Shown here one piece after another: positions 29,170 through 41,198 of a stretch of 64,000 bases of DNA; positions within the stretch are counted from its first letter, which is position 1, and each line of letters starts with the position of its first letter. Made by a program: the position numbers and the translations under genes. The stretch spans positions 17,785 through 81,784 of the forward strand of contig JAFWFN010000019.1 in the NCBI GenBank assembly GCA_017515565.1, given 5' to 3'. This DNA is from Halomonas sp. (GTDB lineage Bacteria > Pseudomonadota > Gammaproteobacteria > Pseudomonadales > Halomonadaceae). The notes beneath the pieces are model-generated. The model did not search any database. It saw nothing but the letters and a program-made list of their open reading frames with translations, and was not told where the DNA came from.

Positions 29170-30858
29170 TTAAAACGCTTCCCACTCGTCGTGGTGGTTG
29201 TTCTGGCGGGCGCTCCGCTGTGCAGCAGGCTGTGTAGAGGCAAGCTGTGCTGGCGCCGAAGGCGCTATTGAGCGCGGCAATTCATAAGGCTGTTCTTGGA
29301 CACCGAGCAGCTTAAAGACGGCAACCGCCTCTTCTAACCGGCTCGCCTGCTCCTCCAAAGAAGCAGCCGCCGCTGTAGCTTGCTGAACCAGCGCAGCGTT
29401 TTGTTGGGTCACTTCATCCATCTGCCCCACTGCTTGGCTAACTTGCTCAATGCCGTCGCTCTGCTCCTGCGAGGCCGCGGATATCTCATCCATAATATCG
29501 GTGACCCGACGCACGGCGGTCACTACTTCACTCATGGTGCTACCAGCCTGCTCTACCAGGGTGGAGCCTTGCTTAATTTGTGAAACCGACGCATCGATCA
29601 GGGTTTTGATCTCTTTGGCAGCATCGGCGCTACGGCTGGCCAGGTTGCGTACCTCACCTGCTACAACGGCAAAGCCCCGCCCTTGCTCGCCAGCGCGCGC
29701 CGCTTCGACAGAGGCATTCAGTGCAAGAATATTGGTTTGAAAGGCAATCGAGTCAATCACACTGGTAATATCCGCCACTTTCTGGGAGCTCGTTGAGATG
29801 CCATGCATTGTTTGCACGACCTGCTCAACCACCTGCCCGCCCTGCTCAGCGGTGGTAGACGCATCCGCGGCAAGGGTACTGGCTTGGCGCGCATTGTCCG
29901 CATTCTGCTTCACCGTAGCCGTCATCTGCTCCATGCTGGCAGCGGTTTCTTCAATAGAGGCGGCCTGCTGTTCGGTGCGCGATGAAAGATCCGCATTGCC
30001 GCCGGCAATTTCCCGAGTGCCGTGATGAATTTCACTGCTGCCCTCGCGAACTCTTGAAACAATCCCCGTGAGATTTTGCTGCATGGTTGCCATTGCAGCA
30101 AAAAGACGGCCGACTTCACCTTTACCTCCGGCGGGTAAAGGCTCGGTCAAATCAGCCTGGGCAATTTTATCCAAGCGACGCACCGCATCGTTAAGAGGAG
30201 CAATCACTGTGCGACGCAACCCTACATAGATCACCACGGTAACCAATAACGCAATGAGTGCCGCGAGGGCATTGATGAGGGTGAAAAATTCCCCTTCCAC
30301 GTTAGAGTCGCTGCGGATGGTGCTCACGCGGTCAAAGCCATAATCAACAAAGGCAGTGGAGCTCTCAGCCAAGTTTGCCAACGGCCCTGTCAGCTCACCG
30401 CGCAGCCGATTAAACGTGGTGATATCCATGGTTTCAAAACTCACCAACTGTTGTTTAACCATTACTAATACGTCTTGAAAATCTTCAATCAAGTCACTGC
30501 CCAGCCTTTCACCTTGAGGCGTACGCGGCGTTGCAACAAAGTTTGCTAAGCGCTGTTCCGCACGCTCAATACGGTTAGCGGCAATCTCTATTTGCTCGTT
30601 AGTTTGACGTGTCTGACCCACCATTAAGAAGTTTGACGCCGTTTCCATCGCCAGCATCGCTTGGTTAAGCAATGAATCCGCACGATTAATTTCATTTAGC
30701 TGCTCATTGCTAATGACATCTAGTGTAGCTAAATTATTTTGGGCGCTGCGATCCGACACAAAACTGATGCCTGCCAACACCGCTATGATGGCGATAAAGC
30801 TGATGAGAGCAGCGATAACAGCCGCATGAATACTCAAGTTGCGAAACAAGCGAGCCAT
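29170..30858 (-). CDS. Methyl-accepting chemotaxis protein with periplasmic four-helix-type domain (Tar/Tsr-like)
   Basis: TM1-periplasmic-TM2-HAMP; [30 protein letters not shown]; C-terminal DEWEAF. Confidence 0.95.
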   Translation of the reverse strand: MARLFRNLSIHAAVIAALISFIAIIAVLAGISFVSDRSAQNNLATLDVISNEQLNEINRADSLLNQAMLAMETASNFLMVGQTRQTNEQIEIAANRIERAEQRLANFVATPRTPQGERLGSDLIEDFQDVLVMVKQQLVSFETMDITTFNRLRGELTGPLANLAESSTAFVDYGFDRVSTIRSDSNVEGEFFTLINALAALIALLVTVVIYVGLRRTVIAPLNDAVRRLDKIAQADLTEPLPAGGKGEVGRLFAAMATMQQNLTGIVSRVREGSSEIHHGTREIAGGNADLSSRTEQQAASIEETAASMEQMTATVKQNADNARQASTLAADASTTAEQGGQVVEQVVQTMHGISTSSQKVADITSVIDSIAFQTNILALNASVEAARAGEQGRGFAVVAGEVRNLASRSADAAKEIKTLIDASVSQIKQGSTLVEQAGSTMSEVVTAVRRVTDIMDEISAASQEQSDGIEQVSQAVGQMDEVTQQNAALVQQATAAAASLEEQASRLEEAVAVFKLLGVQEQPYELPRSIAPSAPAQLASTQPAAQRSARQNNHHDEWEAF

Positions 30859-30896
30859 AGTACTTCCCCTGTTGACGTTATTTTTTTGGTTATGAG

Positions 30897-31958
30897 TTAA
30901 ACCCGTTGGGCACGGCCGGAAGCCGCGACCAGCGCCATCAATCGCGATGGAATATCGTCTAGCGCGACGACATCAACCGCCCCCCCAACAGCAATCGCTT
31001 CTCTCGGCATCCCGAAAACCACGCAGCTCTCTTCGTTTTGCGCAATGGTCGGCGCGCCTGCTTGGCGCATTTCTAATAACCCTGCAGCGCCATCTTTTCC
31101 CATGCCAGTCAAAATCACCCCAATCGCATTTTTACCGGCGTGCTTTGAGGCAGAGTGAAACAACACATCCACCGATGGCCGGTGGCGGTTGACCGGGGGC
31201 CCATCGTTCAAGCGTGCCACGTAGTTTGCACCGCTGCGAACGAGTTCAAGGTGTTGATCACCCGGTGCGATATAGGCATGGCCCGGCAGCACACGCTCAC
31301 CATCGGTGGCCTCTTTGACGGTAATCCGGCACAGCCGATCCAACCGTTCAGCAAACGAGCGGGTAAAGCCGCCCGGCATGTGTTGGGTAATCAAAATAGC
31401 AGGTGCGTTAGCAGGCAAGGGTTCCAGTACCGCACGAATCGCTTCGGTTCCACCAGTAGAGGCACCAATAATGATCAGCTTCTCACTGGTAACCAGCGGT
31501 GCTTTCAACTGCGTGGGAGGCGGCGCGTTTTTGTGGCGGGCCTGACGGGGTCGCGAGCGCGCGGCGGCACGCAACTTCTCAGCAATTTCGTTGGCGTACT
31601 CCATCATCCCATTGCGAATACCTAAGCTAGGCTTAGCAACAAAGTCCAGCGCGCCCAACTCCAACGCTCGCAGAGTGATTTCAGAACCGCTCTGGGTGAG
31701 TGATGAGACCATTAACACCGGCATCGGGCGCAGGCGCATCAACCGCTCAAGAAAGTCCAACCCATCCATGCGCGGCATTTCCACGTCAAGAGTCAGTACA
31801 TCAGGGTTATGCTGTTTAATCAGGTCCCTGGCAGCAATGGGGTCGGGCGCAACGGCAACCACTTCCATATCCGGCTGTGAGTTGATGATTTCGGTTAGCA
31901 AATCTCGAATCAGCGCCGAGTCATCGACACATAACACTTTGATCTTGGCTGCGCTCAA
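30897..31958 (-). CDS. cheB: Chemotaxis methylesterase CheB
   Basis: Receiver domain (TLDVEMP); GASTGG, QHMP, HRPSVD, GMGKDGA. Confidence 0.98.
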   Translation of the reverse strand: MSAAKIKVLCVDDSALIRDLLTEIINSQPDMEVVAVAPDPIAARDLIKQHNPDVLTLDVEMPRMDGLDFLERLMRLRPMPVLMVSSLTQSGSEITLRALELGALDFVAKPSLGIRNGMMEYANEIAEKLRAAARSRPRQARHKNAPPPTQLKAPLVTSEKLIIIGASTGGTEAIRAVLEPLPANAPAILITQHMPGGFTRSFAERLDRLCRITVKEATDGERVLPGHAYIAPGDQHLELVRSGANYVARLNDGPPVNRHRPSVDVLFHSASKHAGKNAIGVILTGMGKDGAAGLLEMRQAGAPTIAQNEESCVVFGMPREAIAVGGAVDVVALDDIPSRLMALVAASGRAQRV

Positions 31959-32050
31959 AGCACGCCTCCTCTTGCGGTAGCTACCTGATGTGCTGTTACG
32001 CTTCCGCTTGAGAGATAACTGCTAACGGAGCTAAACGCACGTAATACGGG

Positions 32051-32923
32051 TTATTTTTTAGCGGGGGTGTAGACCGTCTGCCCACGCAACTTGAATGCAT
32101 CGCTAATATAGGAGAAGTTTTCAGAGTGCCCTGCAAACAGCAGGCCATCTGGTTTCATGAGCGGCGCAAACCGCTTTAGAATTTTCGCCTGAGTATCTTT
32201 ATCAAAATAAATCATGATATTGCGGCAAAAAATGGCATCAAAGGGCCCTTTAACGGGCCACTGGGGCGCCAGCAGGTTAAGCGGCAAAAACTCCACCAAC
32301 GCGGATACTTCAGGTCGTATGCGGGCAAGACCAATATGGTTGCCAGTACCTTTCTGAAAAAACCGTTTTACCCGCACATCATCAAGTTTACGAACCTGTT
32401 CCTGGGGATAAATACCGGCGCGAGCCCTATCCAGCGCGTCAGTATCAATATCCGTGGCGATGACTTTCGCTTGAGAGGCTTTGGGGCCTAGCGTTTCCAG
32501 CAGCGTCATGGCTATTGAATACGGCTCTTCACCCGTGGAGGCCGCTGAGCACCAAATAGTGACCGGCTCCTGTTTATGCTTGATGTGCTCAGCCAGCAGC
32601 GGAAAGTGGTGCGCCTCACGAAAAAACGCCGTGAGATTGGTGGTGAGTGCGTTAGTAAACGCTTCCCACTCTTTGGCATCGGGCTGACGCTCTAAGCGTG
32701 ACAGGTAGTCGGTAAAGTGCGTTATGCCGTGGTGGCGCAGCCGCTTTGCTAAACGACTGTAAACCATTTCACGCTTATGCTCGGCAAGCACGATACCGGC
32801 ACGCAGGTAGATCAGTTCTCTAATACGTGAAAAATCGGCATCTGTAAGCAGCAAATCGCGCTCGATCTGCCCACTAGACGCCCATTGGCCGGCTTCGGCT
32901 CCCCATTCGCGTTGTCCGCTCAA
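32051..32923 (-). CDS. cheR: Chemotaxis methyltransferase CheR
   Basis: [39 protein letters not shown]. Probable TTG start overlapping the aer stop. Confidence 0.97.
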   Translation of the reverse strand: MSGQREWGAEAGQWASSGQIERDLLLTDADFSRIRELIYLRAGIVLAEHKREMVYSRLAKRLRHHGITHFTDYLSRLERQPDAKEWEAFTNALTTNLTAFFREAHHFPLLAEHIKHKQEPVTIWCSAASTGEEPYSIAMTLLETLGPKASQAKVIATDIDTDALDRARAGIYPQEQVRKLDDVRVKRFFQKGTGNHIGLARIRPEVSALVEFLPLNLLAPQWPVKGPFDAIFCRNIMIYFDKDTQAKILKRFAPLMKPDGLLFAGHSENFSYISDAFKLRGQTVYTPAKK

Positions 32924-35085
32924 AACTCTTCCCACTCCTCTGCAGAAACCGATTGCCGCTTCACAAGCGGCGCCGGCGATGTCACGCTATTTGGCTTCGC
33001 AGAAAGTTTATGCGCGGCAGCAGGTGCCCCAATAGCGGCTGGCATAGCCTGTAGCGACTGTTGATGGTTTAGCCGAAACGCCTCTACAGATAACGCCAGC
33101 AACCCCGCTTGATGTTCTAATGCTGCCGCAGCCCGCGCGGTTTCCTGCACGCGGCCAGCATTTTGCTGGGTCGCTTGATCCATTTCCGCCACGGCTTGGT
33201 TTACTTCTGCAATACCGCTGCTCTGCTCTTCTGAAGCAGAAGAGATCTCATGCATAATCTGCGTTACGTTGCGTGCCGCTTCAGCAACCTCTCTCATGGC
33301 CGCTTCAGCTTTTTCCACTAGCCCGGCCCCTGCACTAACATCCTGACTGGAGCCGTCAATTAATACCCGGATCTCTTGGGCCGCGCCTGCACTGCGTCCC
33401 GCCAAATTACGCACTTCTTCTGCCACAACCGCAAAGCCGCGCCCGTACTCCCCTGCCCTTGCCGCCTCAACCGACGCATTAAGCGCCAGAATATTGGTTT
33501 GAAACGCAATAGAATCAATGACGTTGATAATCTCGGTCATTTTGCGCGAGCTTTGGGTTATACGCTGCATGTTGTCGACTAGCTGTGTCATCAGCTCGCC
33601 GGTTTGCGTCACCCGTGTAGCATTATTATCGGCCAGACGGCGGGCTTCTTGAGCGTTATCGCTATTTTGGCGCACAGTCGTGGTTATCTCTTCCATGCTG
33701 GAAGCGGTTTGTTGCAGCGCGGCGGCCTGCTCCTCTGTACGCGATGACAGCTCTTCATTACCACTGGCAATACCCTGCGCCGCAGGAGTCACTACCTCAA
33801 TTCCGCTTTTAACCTCGCCAATAATACTGCTCAGGCTTTTACGCATGGTATTTAGCGAATCAAGCAGTAGGCCAATCTCATCACGACGACGGGCAGGCAC
33901 ATGGGCTGCCAAGTTGCCCCCCGCTATTTGCAGGGTAAAGCGCGCAGCACTTTTTAACGGTTTAACGATTGAGCGTAACGTGAGTGTGCCTATTAGTATG
34001 AGTATCAGTAAGCCAATACTCAGCACGGCCGCCTGAGCGCTTAGCATGGCGGTTTGCTCCTGCTCAGCCTCTACCGCCATGACTTCCGCAGCAGCCTGTT
34101 TTTGCGCAATCAGCTGATTCACCATCTCCGACAGCGCTCGCCCATCGGTATTCATCACACGAATCACCGCATCTAAACCAGTAAACGCTTCATACGTCTC
34201 TTCAGCTTGCAGCACGTTTGCCGCTTGCCCCATGCCATTAGCTAAGAACGACTGGAGCTGTTGATCAAAACTATCCGCAAGCTGACTAGCGTTAGCATCA
34301 CGCTGGTAGTACGCCTGCCAAACCTCAGCTACCTCCGCGGCGTTTTCCGCCACAGCTTCGCCCATCTCAAACCGTTGACTGATGAGCTGCATCCTTTCTG
34401 GTTCGATCATCGACTGACGAGTGTGGGCAATGGTTTGGTCGATCTGCTGCAGACGGATAACATCGCGCAGCCCATCGTTATTGAGGCGATCTAGCCGGTC
34501 ACTGGCGCCATTTAATCCATAGAGTCCTAGCCCGCCACTGACTAACAGCAGCATGCCTGCCACCACAATCATGCCCACCAGCTTGGCGCGGATGGTGTGC
34601 AGGCGCACCCGCTTAAGGCGCTGCACCAGCCCCTTATAACGTATACGTCCTTTATCTAAATAGACCCGCTTAAGACGCCCCTCACGAATACCTGCGTATA
34701 CCTGTTCTGCCTGGGCGATTGCCTCCCGTGACGCCTGAACCCGCACTGAGGCATAGCCGATCACCTGATCATTCTCGACAATCGGCGTCACGCTGGCGTC
34801 TACCCAATAATGGTCACCGTTTTTGCAGCGGTTTTTAACCAGCCCACGCCACGTTTCACCGGTTTCGATGGTTTGCCATAAATTTGCAAACGCCGCTGGC
34901 GGCATATCCGGGTGGCGGATCAGGTTATGCGGCGCCCCAATTAGCTCGTCATGGCGAAAGCCACTAATCTGGATAAACGCCGGATTAGCATACGTAATGC
35001 GACCTTTAAGATCCGTTCGCGAGACGAGAAAATCGTCCCCCTTTAGCTCAACTTCGCGTTGGGAGACTGGCTGATTGTTACGCAT
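32920..35085 (-). CDS. Aer-type PAS chemoreceptor with an additional periplasmic domain
   Basis: [11 protein letters not shown]...[20 protein letters not shown]...[10 protein letters not shown]...W..I...[15 protein letters not shown] (Aer FAD-PAS); TM; ~150-aa loop; TM; HAMP; MCP signalling domain; C-terminal EEWEEF. Confidence 0.93.
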   Translation of the reverse strand: MRNNQPVSQREVELKGDDFLVSRTDLKGRITYANPAFIQISGFRHDELIGAPHNLIRHPDMPPAAFANLWQTIETGETWRGLVKNRCKNGDHYWVDASVTPIVENDQVIGYASVRVQASREAIAQAEQVYAGIREGRLKRVYLDKGRIRYKGLVQRLKRVRLHTIRAKLVGMIVVAGMLLLVSGGLGLYGLNGASDRLDRLNNDGLRDVIRLQQIDQTIAHTRQSMIEPERMQLISQRFEMGEAVAENAAEVAEVWQAYYQRDANASQLADSFDQQLQSFLANGMGQAANVLQAEETYEAFTGLDAVIRVMNTDGRALSEMVNQLIAQKQAAAEVMAVEAEQEQTAMLSAQAAVLSIGLLILILIGTLTLRSIVKPLKSAARFTLQIAGGNLAAHVPARRRDEIGLLLDSLNTMRKSLSSIIGEVKSGIEVVTPAAQGIASGNEELSSRTEEQAAALQQTASSMEEITTTVRQNSDNAQEARRLADNNATRVTQTGELMTQLVDNMQRITQSSRKMTEIINVIDSIAFQTNILALNASVEAARAGEYGRGFAVVAEEVRNLAGRSAGAAQEIRVLIDGSSQDVSAGAGLVEKAEAAMREVAEAARNVTQIMHEISSASEEQSSGIAEVNQAVAEMDQATQQNAGRVQETARAAAALEHQAGLLALSVEAFRLNHQQSLQAMPAAIGAPAAAHKLSAKPNSVTSPAPLVKRQSVSAEEWEEF

Positions 35086-35155
35086 TAACGTGCCTTATTG
35101 TTAGGGAGGTGACGTTTTTATTAGTTAAATTGGGCGACTCTACGTAAATGCTGGA

Positions 35156-36451
35156 TTAAAAAGCTTCCCACTCGTCTACCGACGCTTTAGAAGCAACCAC
35201 CTTAGCGGGCCGTGGCGTGGCACTGGGTAGGATTGAACTAGTGGTCACTGGTGCGGTACTCGCTCCCGACACTCGAAAACGCTCAACCGCTTCACGCAGG
35301 CGAGCGGCCTCACTCTCTAGCTCATTGGCACTGCGAGCGGCCTGCTGAACCAGCTGGGCATTCTGCTGCACTACCTGATCCATTTGGGCAACCGCTTGAT
35401 TAACTTGGCCGATGCCATTGCTCTGCTCTTCTGATGCGGCAGCAATTTCATCCATAATATCGCTGACACGCTGAACCGCTGCGACAAGATCTTGCATGGT
35501 CTGTCCTGCATGGTTCACTCGCTGCGTACCGGCATCAACTTTACCCAGTGAAGCGTCAATAAGTGTGCGAATTTCTTTTGCTGCATTGGCACTGCGGCTA
35601 GCCAAGCTGCGAACCTCCTGCGCCACTACGGCAAACCCTTTTCCGTGCTCCCCAGCTCGTGCCGCCTCAACAGAAGCATTAAGCGCTAAGATATTGGTTT
35701 GGAAGGCTAAGTTATCAATAACCGTAATGATATCAGCTACCTGATGGGAGCTGGCGCTGATCTCTTGCATGGTTTCAACGATATTACCGACCTCTTCACC
35801 ACTGCGCCTGGCGGTTAAGGTCGCATCGCCTGCCAGTTGGCTAGCTTGGCGCGCGTTATCGGCGTTGTGACCAACAGTGGAGGCTAACTGCTCCATACTG
35901 GAAGCAGTCTCTTCCAAAGAGGATGCTTGCTGTTCAGTGCGTGAAGAGAGGTCATTATTACCGCTGGCAATATGCTGAGAACGCTCAAAAATAGAGGCTC
36001 CGCTTTGGCGCACTACGCCCACCGTCTCAGAAAGTGAGCCTTGCATATGCGCCATAGCGCTATACAGTCGACCGATTTCGTTATTACCCGGCGAGGTAAT
36101 TTGCTGATTTAAATCGCCTTGAGCCATACGCTCAAAATAACCCACTAAGTTGTCTAGCGGGCGCAATACATTCGCCGTCACACCCCAAATAACCACCACA
36201 ACGGTAAGCACCGTCATGACGACTACGCCAATAAGAACCCAGCGAACTTGGGCTGCAAATTCCGTAAACGCTGCCTGCTGCGACTGTAAGTCGCTGGTCG
36301 CTTGCACAATGGCAGCACCATGGTGGAGCGCGTAGAGACCTATACCGCACGCAAGGACAATCAGGAGTGAAAACGTAGCAAGTACCAGCCCCCAACTTAA
36401 ACGCACGGTCATATTGTCCATCATTTGACGCACTAGCTGTGTCACACGCAT
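35156..36451 (-). CDS. Methyl-accepting chemotaxis protein with minimal periplasmic loop
   Basis: Two TM segments ~25-30 aa apart, HAMP, MCP signalling domain, C-terminal DEWEAF. Start taken at ATG 36451 (GGAG RBS). Confidence 0.93.
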   Translation of the reverse strand: MRVTQLVRQMMDNMTVRLSWGLVLATFSLLIVLACGIGLYALHHGAAIVQATSDLQSQQAAFTEFAAQVRWVLIGVVVMTVLTVVVVIWGVTANVLRPLDNLVGYFERMAQGDLNQQITSPGNNEIGRLYSAMAHMQGSLSETVGVVRQSGASIFERSQHIASGNNDLSSRTEQQASSLEETASSMEQLASTVGHNADNARQASQLAGDATLTARRSGEEVGNIVETMQEISASSHQVADIITVIDNLAFQTNILALNASVEAARAGEHGKGFAVVAQEVRSLASRSANAAKEIRTLIDASLGKVDAGTQRVNHAGQTMQDLVAAVQRVSDIMDEIAAASEEQSNGIGQVNQAVAQMDQVVQQNAQLVQQAARSANELESEAARLREAVERFRVSGASTAPVTTSSILPSATPRPAKVVASKASVDEWEAF

Positions 36452-36548
36452 TACTCCAAGCACAACCCAGTTGGCCGCAGCACTCCATGGCTCGCGGCTC
36501 GGTTGTTTAGCTCAAAATAGGCACACTCCTTATGCCCAGTGTTCTGCA

Positions 36549-37049
36549 TTAAGAATTGCTAGTGCTATCTACCAGCGCCATTTCTTCACTGGTCAGAAGT
36601 TTGTCGATATCCACTAGCACCAGCATACGGTCATCAAGACTGCCCAGACCGCTTAAAAAATCAGAGGAGAGGGTAACCCCAAACTCAGGTGCGGGTTTGA
36701 TCTGCTCTGGGGTTAGGGTCATTACGTCTGAAACACCGTCGACCACAATCCCCACGACACGGTCGGCGACATTGACCACGATCACCACGGTTTGACCGCC
36801 ATACTCCACATTTTCCAGGTGGAATTTAATGCGTAGATCAACAATTGGCACAATAACACCGCGCAGGTTGGTCACGCCTTTTATGAAATCCGGTGCGTTG
36901 GCAATACGCGTTACATTTTCGTAACCGCGAATTTCCTGCACTTTCAAAATATCAATGGCGTACTCTTCTTCTCCTAAAGAGAATACTAAGAATTCGCGAT
37001 TTTCTGCCTCTGCAGCGGCTAGCACCGCCTTATTAGCTGCTTGACTCAT
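36549..37049 (-). CDS. cheW: Chemotaxis coupling protein CheW
   Basis: [41 protein letters not shown]. Confidence 0.98.
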   Translation of the reverse strand: MSQAANKAVLAAAEAENREFLVFSLGEEEYAIDILKVQEIRGYENVTRIANAPDFIKGVTNLRGVIVPIVDLRIKFHLENVEYGGQTVVIVVNVADRVVGIVVDGVSDVMTLTPEQIKPAPEFGVTLSSDFLSGLGSLDDRMLVLVDIDKLLTSEEMALVDSTSNS

Positions 37050-39151
37050 GACGGCTCAGCCTCCTTGTAATAAGCGAGATGTGGATGATTGGTTACTTTG
37101 CCTGCTTCTTTTTTGGCACGACTTAAGCGGTGTAAGCCCGTGATATCCAAAATCAATGCGACACTTCCATCCCCCAGGATGGTGGCAGCGGAAACGCCCG
37201 GCACTTTGCGGTAGTTATCTTCTAAGTTTTTGACAACCACCTGCTGCTGGCCAATGAGCTCATCGACCAACATGGCATAACGACGACCCTCGCCTTGTAC
37301 GATAACGGCGATACTTTTAGTCGGGTCAGTAATTGCATTTTCGACGTCTAACACTTCATGAATCGCGATAACCGGCAGGTATTCATCACGCACTTTGATG
37401 ACCACATCATCCCCGGCCATCGCGTACATATCACCTTTGGCAGGCTGGAGGGACTCAAGCACAGTAGAGAGCGGCAGGATGAACGTTTCGCCACCCACTT
37501 TGATTGACATGCCGTCTAGAATCGCGAGGGTCAGCGGCAATACAATACGCGTATTGGTACCTTCGCCCTTTTTAGACTGTATTTCGACTCGCCCGCCCAT
37601 TCCTTGAATATTACGTTTCACCACATCCATACCGACGCCGCGCCCTGATACATCGGTGACCTCTTTTGCGGTGGAAAAACCGGGGGCAAAAATCAGTTGG
37701 AAAACGTCTTCATCGGACATTGCGTCAGAAACATTGAGTCCATTTTCACGCGCTTTATCGAGTAGGCGTTCACGATCCATTCCTGCACCGTCATCACGCA
37801 CTTCAATCAGAATATTACCGCCTTGGTGGCGCGCTGAAAGCACCAGTTTGCCTACGCGAGGCTTGCCTAGCGCCTCACGCTCGTCGGGCATTTCGATACC
37901 ATGGTCTAAGCTGTTACGTACTAAATGCGTAAGCGGGTCTGTGATTCGCTCAACCAAACTTTTATCCAGCTCGGTGGATTTACCCTCGGTAATGAGTTCG
38001 ATCTCTTTATTCAGCTTGCCTGCGGTATCTCGCACCACGCGGGGGAATCGGCTAAATACAAACTCCATGGGAATCATGCGGATCGACATGACGGCTTCTT
38101 GGAGATCACGAGCATTGCGCTGCAGCAGACTCATGCCGTTTTGTAGCGAGCTATTGCCCACGGACTGATCGTCAAGGTCGCTAACCGTTTGATCGAGCAT
38201 CGACTGGGTAATGATCAGCTCACCGACTAGGTTGATGATTTGATCAACTTTGTCGACGGATACACGTATCGACGAGGACTCGCTCGCGGCTTTTTTTGGC
38301 GCCGCCTTAGCGGGCTTATCGTTGGCTTTCGGGGGGCTCTTTTCGCTCTGCTCTGGCGCAGCTGAGGGGGCATCCGCGGTACTCACCACTTCCTCAACGG
38401 CGGGCGAAGAGGCAGGAACTGGCACATCAGATGCTGGCACTGGAGCTCGGTCATCCGCAGCAACGGTGCTGATGCTAATTTGCTCAGGCTCGATAATAAA
38501 GCACATCACGGCTTCGATATCGTCAGCACTGACACCACCTTTGAGGACGACCTCGTAACGCTTGTCATCACCCGAGTGCGACTGGATATCCCCCAGTTGC
38601 TCCAGCTCTTCGACTAGCAACGTGCGATCTTTATCGTTAACGTTCAGCAAAACAACTAATAGATGCGTCTCACCCTCTTCAGGCGACTCACTTTTACTCG
38701 GCTCTGACTTGGAGGCCTGCGTCACCATTGGCGCTGGCGTTGCAGGCGCTTCGAGGGTTTGTCCAATTTCCTCTAAAGCGATCTGCTGCAGAACTTGACA
38801 GATTCGCTCATAGGCTTCTTGGTTGGGCTCTTCCTCGTTGCGATAGGCATCGAGTTGCTCATGCATGATGTCTTTTGCCTCTAAAAAGGTATCAACGAGG
38901 TCAGCTCGCAGGGTCAGCTCCCCTTTGCGCGCATGATCCAGCAGGTTTTCGAAAATGTGCGTGGTTTTTTGCAGCACGCTAAACCCGAACGTCCCTGCAC
39001 CGCCTTTTATAGAGTGGGCCGCACGGAAAATAGCGTTTAGCTGCTCGCTATCCGGATCATCGACATCCAGTTCCAATAAGTGCTGCTCCATATCTGCTAG
39101 CAGCTCTTCCGCCTCTTCAAAAAAGGTGTCAAAAAAATCCGCTATATCCAT
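37046..39151 (-). CDS. cheA: Chemotaxis histidine kinase CheA
   Basis: Hpt [46 protein letters not shown]; C-terminal CheW-like domain. Start MDIADFF. Confidence 0.98.
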   Translation of the reverse strand: MDIADFFDTFFEEAEELLADMEQHLLELDVDDPDSEQLNAIFRAAHSIKGGAGTFGFSVLQKTTHIFENLLDHARKGELTLRADLVDTFLEAKDIMHEQLDAYRNEEEPNQEAYERICQVLQQIALEEIGQTLEAPATPAPMVTQASKSEPSKSESPEEGETHLLVVLLNVNDKDRTLLVEELEQLGDIQSHSGDDKRYEVVLKGGVSADDIEAVMCFIIEPEQISISTVAADDRAPVPASDVPVPASSPAVEEVVSTADAPSAAPEQSEKSPPKANDKPAKAAPKKAASESSSIRVSVDKVDQIINLVGELIITQSMLDQTVSDLDDQSVGNSSLQNGMSLLQRNARDLQEAVMSIRMIPMEFVFSRFPRVVRDTAGKLNKEIELITEGKSTELDKSLVERITDPLTHLVRNSLDHGIEMPDEREALGKPRVGKLVLSARHQGGNILIEVRDDGAGMDRERLLDKARENGLNVSDAMSDEDVFQLIFAPGFSTAKEVTDVSGRGVGMDVVKRNIQGMGGRVEIQSKKGEGTNTRIVLPLTLAILDGMSIKVGGETFILPLSTVLESLQPAKGDMYAMAGDDVVIKVRDEYLPVIAIHEVLDVENAITDPTKSIAVIVQGEGRRYAMLVDELIGQQQVVVKNLEDNYRKVPGVSAATILGDGSVALILDITGLHRLSRAKKEAGKVTNHPHLAYYKEAEPS

Positions 39152-39194
39152 GCACCACTCCACATTATCATCATATTTTTTGGACCAGCTTCGC

Positions 39195-40112
39195 TCATTC
39201 GGCTACGTCGGCCTGTGGCATGTCTGGTAGTAAAGCCTCTTCGGGCGAATCGCCCTCAGGTAACAGCACATCAGCGCCAAGAATACCTGGGTCGCGAATT
39301 GTCTCAGCAATTTCGGGTAACAGTACTAAAAGCTCAATACGCCGATTAATAGGGTCTGAGGGGGCAGTGTCAGGCAGCAACACCCTATCGGCAAAGCCCG
39401 ATACCCGCAGTAATTGACCTGGGTCAAGCCCACCGACCACCAACTCCCGACGCGAAGCATTGGCGCGGTCACTGGATAGCTCCCAATTACTGTAACCTCG
39501 ATAGCCACCCGCATAGGGCACGCTGTCGGTATGACCGCTGATGCTTAGGTCATTGGGCAATTCATTGAGTAATGGCGCGATAGTGCGTAGAAGGTTACGC
39601 ATATAAGGTGCCACCTGATCACTACCTAGTTGAAACATTGGCCGCTGCTCTGTATCGAGCAGTTGAATGCGCAGCCCTTCACGGGTAAGGTCAAAACGCA
39701 TTTGGTTGCGCAACTGGCGCAGCTCCGGGTCTAGCTCAATGGCTCGCTCTATACGTTCTTGTAAATCAGAGAAAAAACGCCTCTCTTGCAAGCTGGGCCG
39801 CGGCTGTAGAGACAAATCTACCCGGGCGCGCTCACCATCGCTATGGGCTGGATCAGGCCCGCCACCGGGAATCACCCGCGTACTACCACCCCGGTCGCCG
39901 GTCATCGCGGTTATCAGCGGTGTACTAAAGTACTCGGCAACACCGCGCCGCGTTTCATCACTGGAGACGCTTAAAATCCACATCACCAGGAACAGGGCCA
40001 TTAGCGCGGTCATAAAATCAGCCAAGGCGATTTTCCATGCTCCCCCATGATGAGCATGAACCACTTTTTTGCGCCGAATGACTATCGGGCGCTTGTCACC
40101 GCCCTTACTCAT
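39195..40112 (-). CDS. motB: Flagellar stator MotB (enteric H+-type)
   Basis: HHGGAWKIALADFMTALMALFLVMWIL; SGHTD, NWELSSDRA, NRRI. Confidence 0.97.
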   Translation of the reverse strand: MSKGGDKRPIVIRRKKVVHAHHGGAWKIALADFMTALMALFLVMWILSVSSDETRRGVAEYFSTPLITAMTGDRGGSTRVIPGGGPDPAHSDGERARVDLSLQPRPSLQERRFFSDLQERIERAIELDPELRQLRNQMRFDLTREGLRIQLLDTEQRPMFQLGSDQVAPYMRNLLRTIAPLLNELPNDLSISGHTDSVPYAGGYRGYSNWELSSDRANASRRELVVGGLDPGQLLRVSGFADRVLLPDTAPSDPINRRIELLVLLPEIAETIRDPGILGADVLLPEGDSPEEALLPDMPQADVAE

Positions 40113-40978
40113 GCATTACCGCCCTTCTTGGCGTCGCGCACGTACTCTTCAAGTTCTGAGAAACTAGGACGTTCGGTGCTGTGCAGTGCCTTACGACCGA
40201 ACTCAACGGCTAACTGAGGTGCATAACCATGCAGACTCGCTAGCAGCGTGACACGGATACACTGCAGCATTTTTTCCGCTTCTTTTGCCTGCCGATCTGC
40301 GTAGCTAGCAATTGGGCTGATAAAGCCGTAACCCATCAAAATCCCTAGGAAGGTGCCCACTAGCGCCATCGCAATCATTTGACCCATTTGGTCAGGGCTA
40401 GCATCTGCATAGGTCAGTGCTTTAATTACCCCCATTACCGCAGCCACAATGCCAAACGCAGGCATGGCATCACCTACTTTAGCAATCGCATCAATGGGAA
40501 TATGGGCTTCTTGCTCAAATACTTCGATTTCGTGAAGCATCAGTTCGTCGATTTCCATCGGCTCCATGCCGCCGCTTACCATTAGGCGCAGGTAATCGGT
40601 TAAAAAATCCATAATGTGCGGGTCCGCAAGTACCGTGGGATGTTCTTGAAACAGCGGGCTTTCCTGAGGGTTATCGATATCGCGCTCAATCCCCAGCATC
40701 CCCTCACGGCGCACTTTGGAGAGAATTTTGTACTGCAGCGCCATTAGCTCCATGTATAGGGCTTTGTTATATTTTTTGGTCCGTTTGAGCCGCGGCAGTA
40801 TTTTAAACGTGGCTTTAATCGCTTTACCGTTATTGGCGGCAATAAACGCGCCTACGCCCGCACCGCCAATAATTAACAGCTCTAAAGGTTGATACAGGGG
40901 GCCTAAACTACCACCTGCCAGCACATAGCCGCCAAATACACACAATATTACGACCACATAACCTAGGAGAATCAGCAC
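40109..40978 (-). CDS. motA: Flagellar stator MotA (enteric H+-type)
   Basis: QPLELLIIGGAG, DAMPAFGIVAAVMG, ALVGTFLGIL..YG, AVEFGRK. Confidence 0.97.
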   Translation of the reverse strand: MLILLGYVVVILCVFGGYVLAGGSLGPLYQPLELLIIGGAGVGAFIAANNGKAIKATFKILPRLKRTKKYNKALYMELMALQYKILSKVRREGMLGIERDIDNPQESPLFQEHPTVLADPHIMDFLTDYLRLMVSGGMEPMEIDELMLHEIEVFEQEAHIPIDAIAKVGDAMPAFGIVAAVMGVIKALTYADASPDQMGQMIAMALVGTFLGILMGYGFISPIASYADRQAKEAEKMLQCIRVTLLASLHGYAPQLAVEFGRKALHSTERPSFSELEEYVRDAKKGGNA

Positions 40979-41198
40979 AAGCAGTGTCCTTGCGATAGCA
41001 GTTTTTGTATCAACGGAGCGCCAACCACTGCTTCATCATTATGAATGACATTGGAGGGTTCCATTTCAAGTGAAGCTTAGTCATATCATACTAAGATGTA
41101 GGCGGTGTTTAATGGAAAAGTACCACCGTCTTTTAACGCTATCTATGCGATAATGGCTGTTTTTATTAATATTGCGCCTTCCTGTGAGTGGGTCATGG

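Noticed and set aside
36132-36548. 118-aa alternative-frame ORF and GGA motifs in the cheW-MCP spacer (possible uORF or CsrA sites)
   Set aside because: ORF is a shadow frame of the MCP; the GGA motifs lack convincing CsrA hairpin context.
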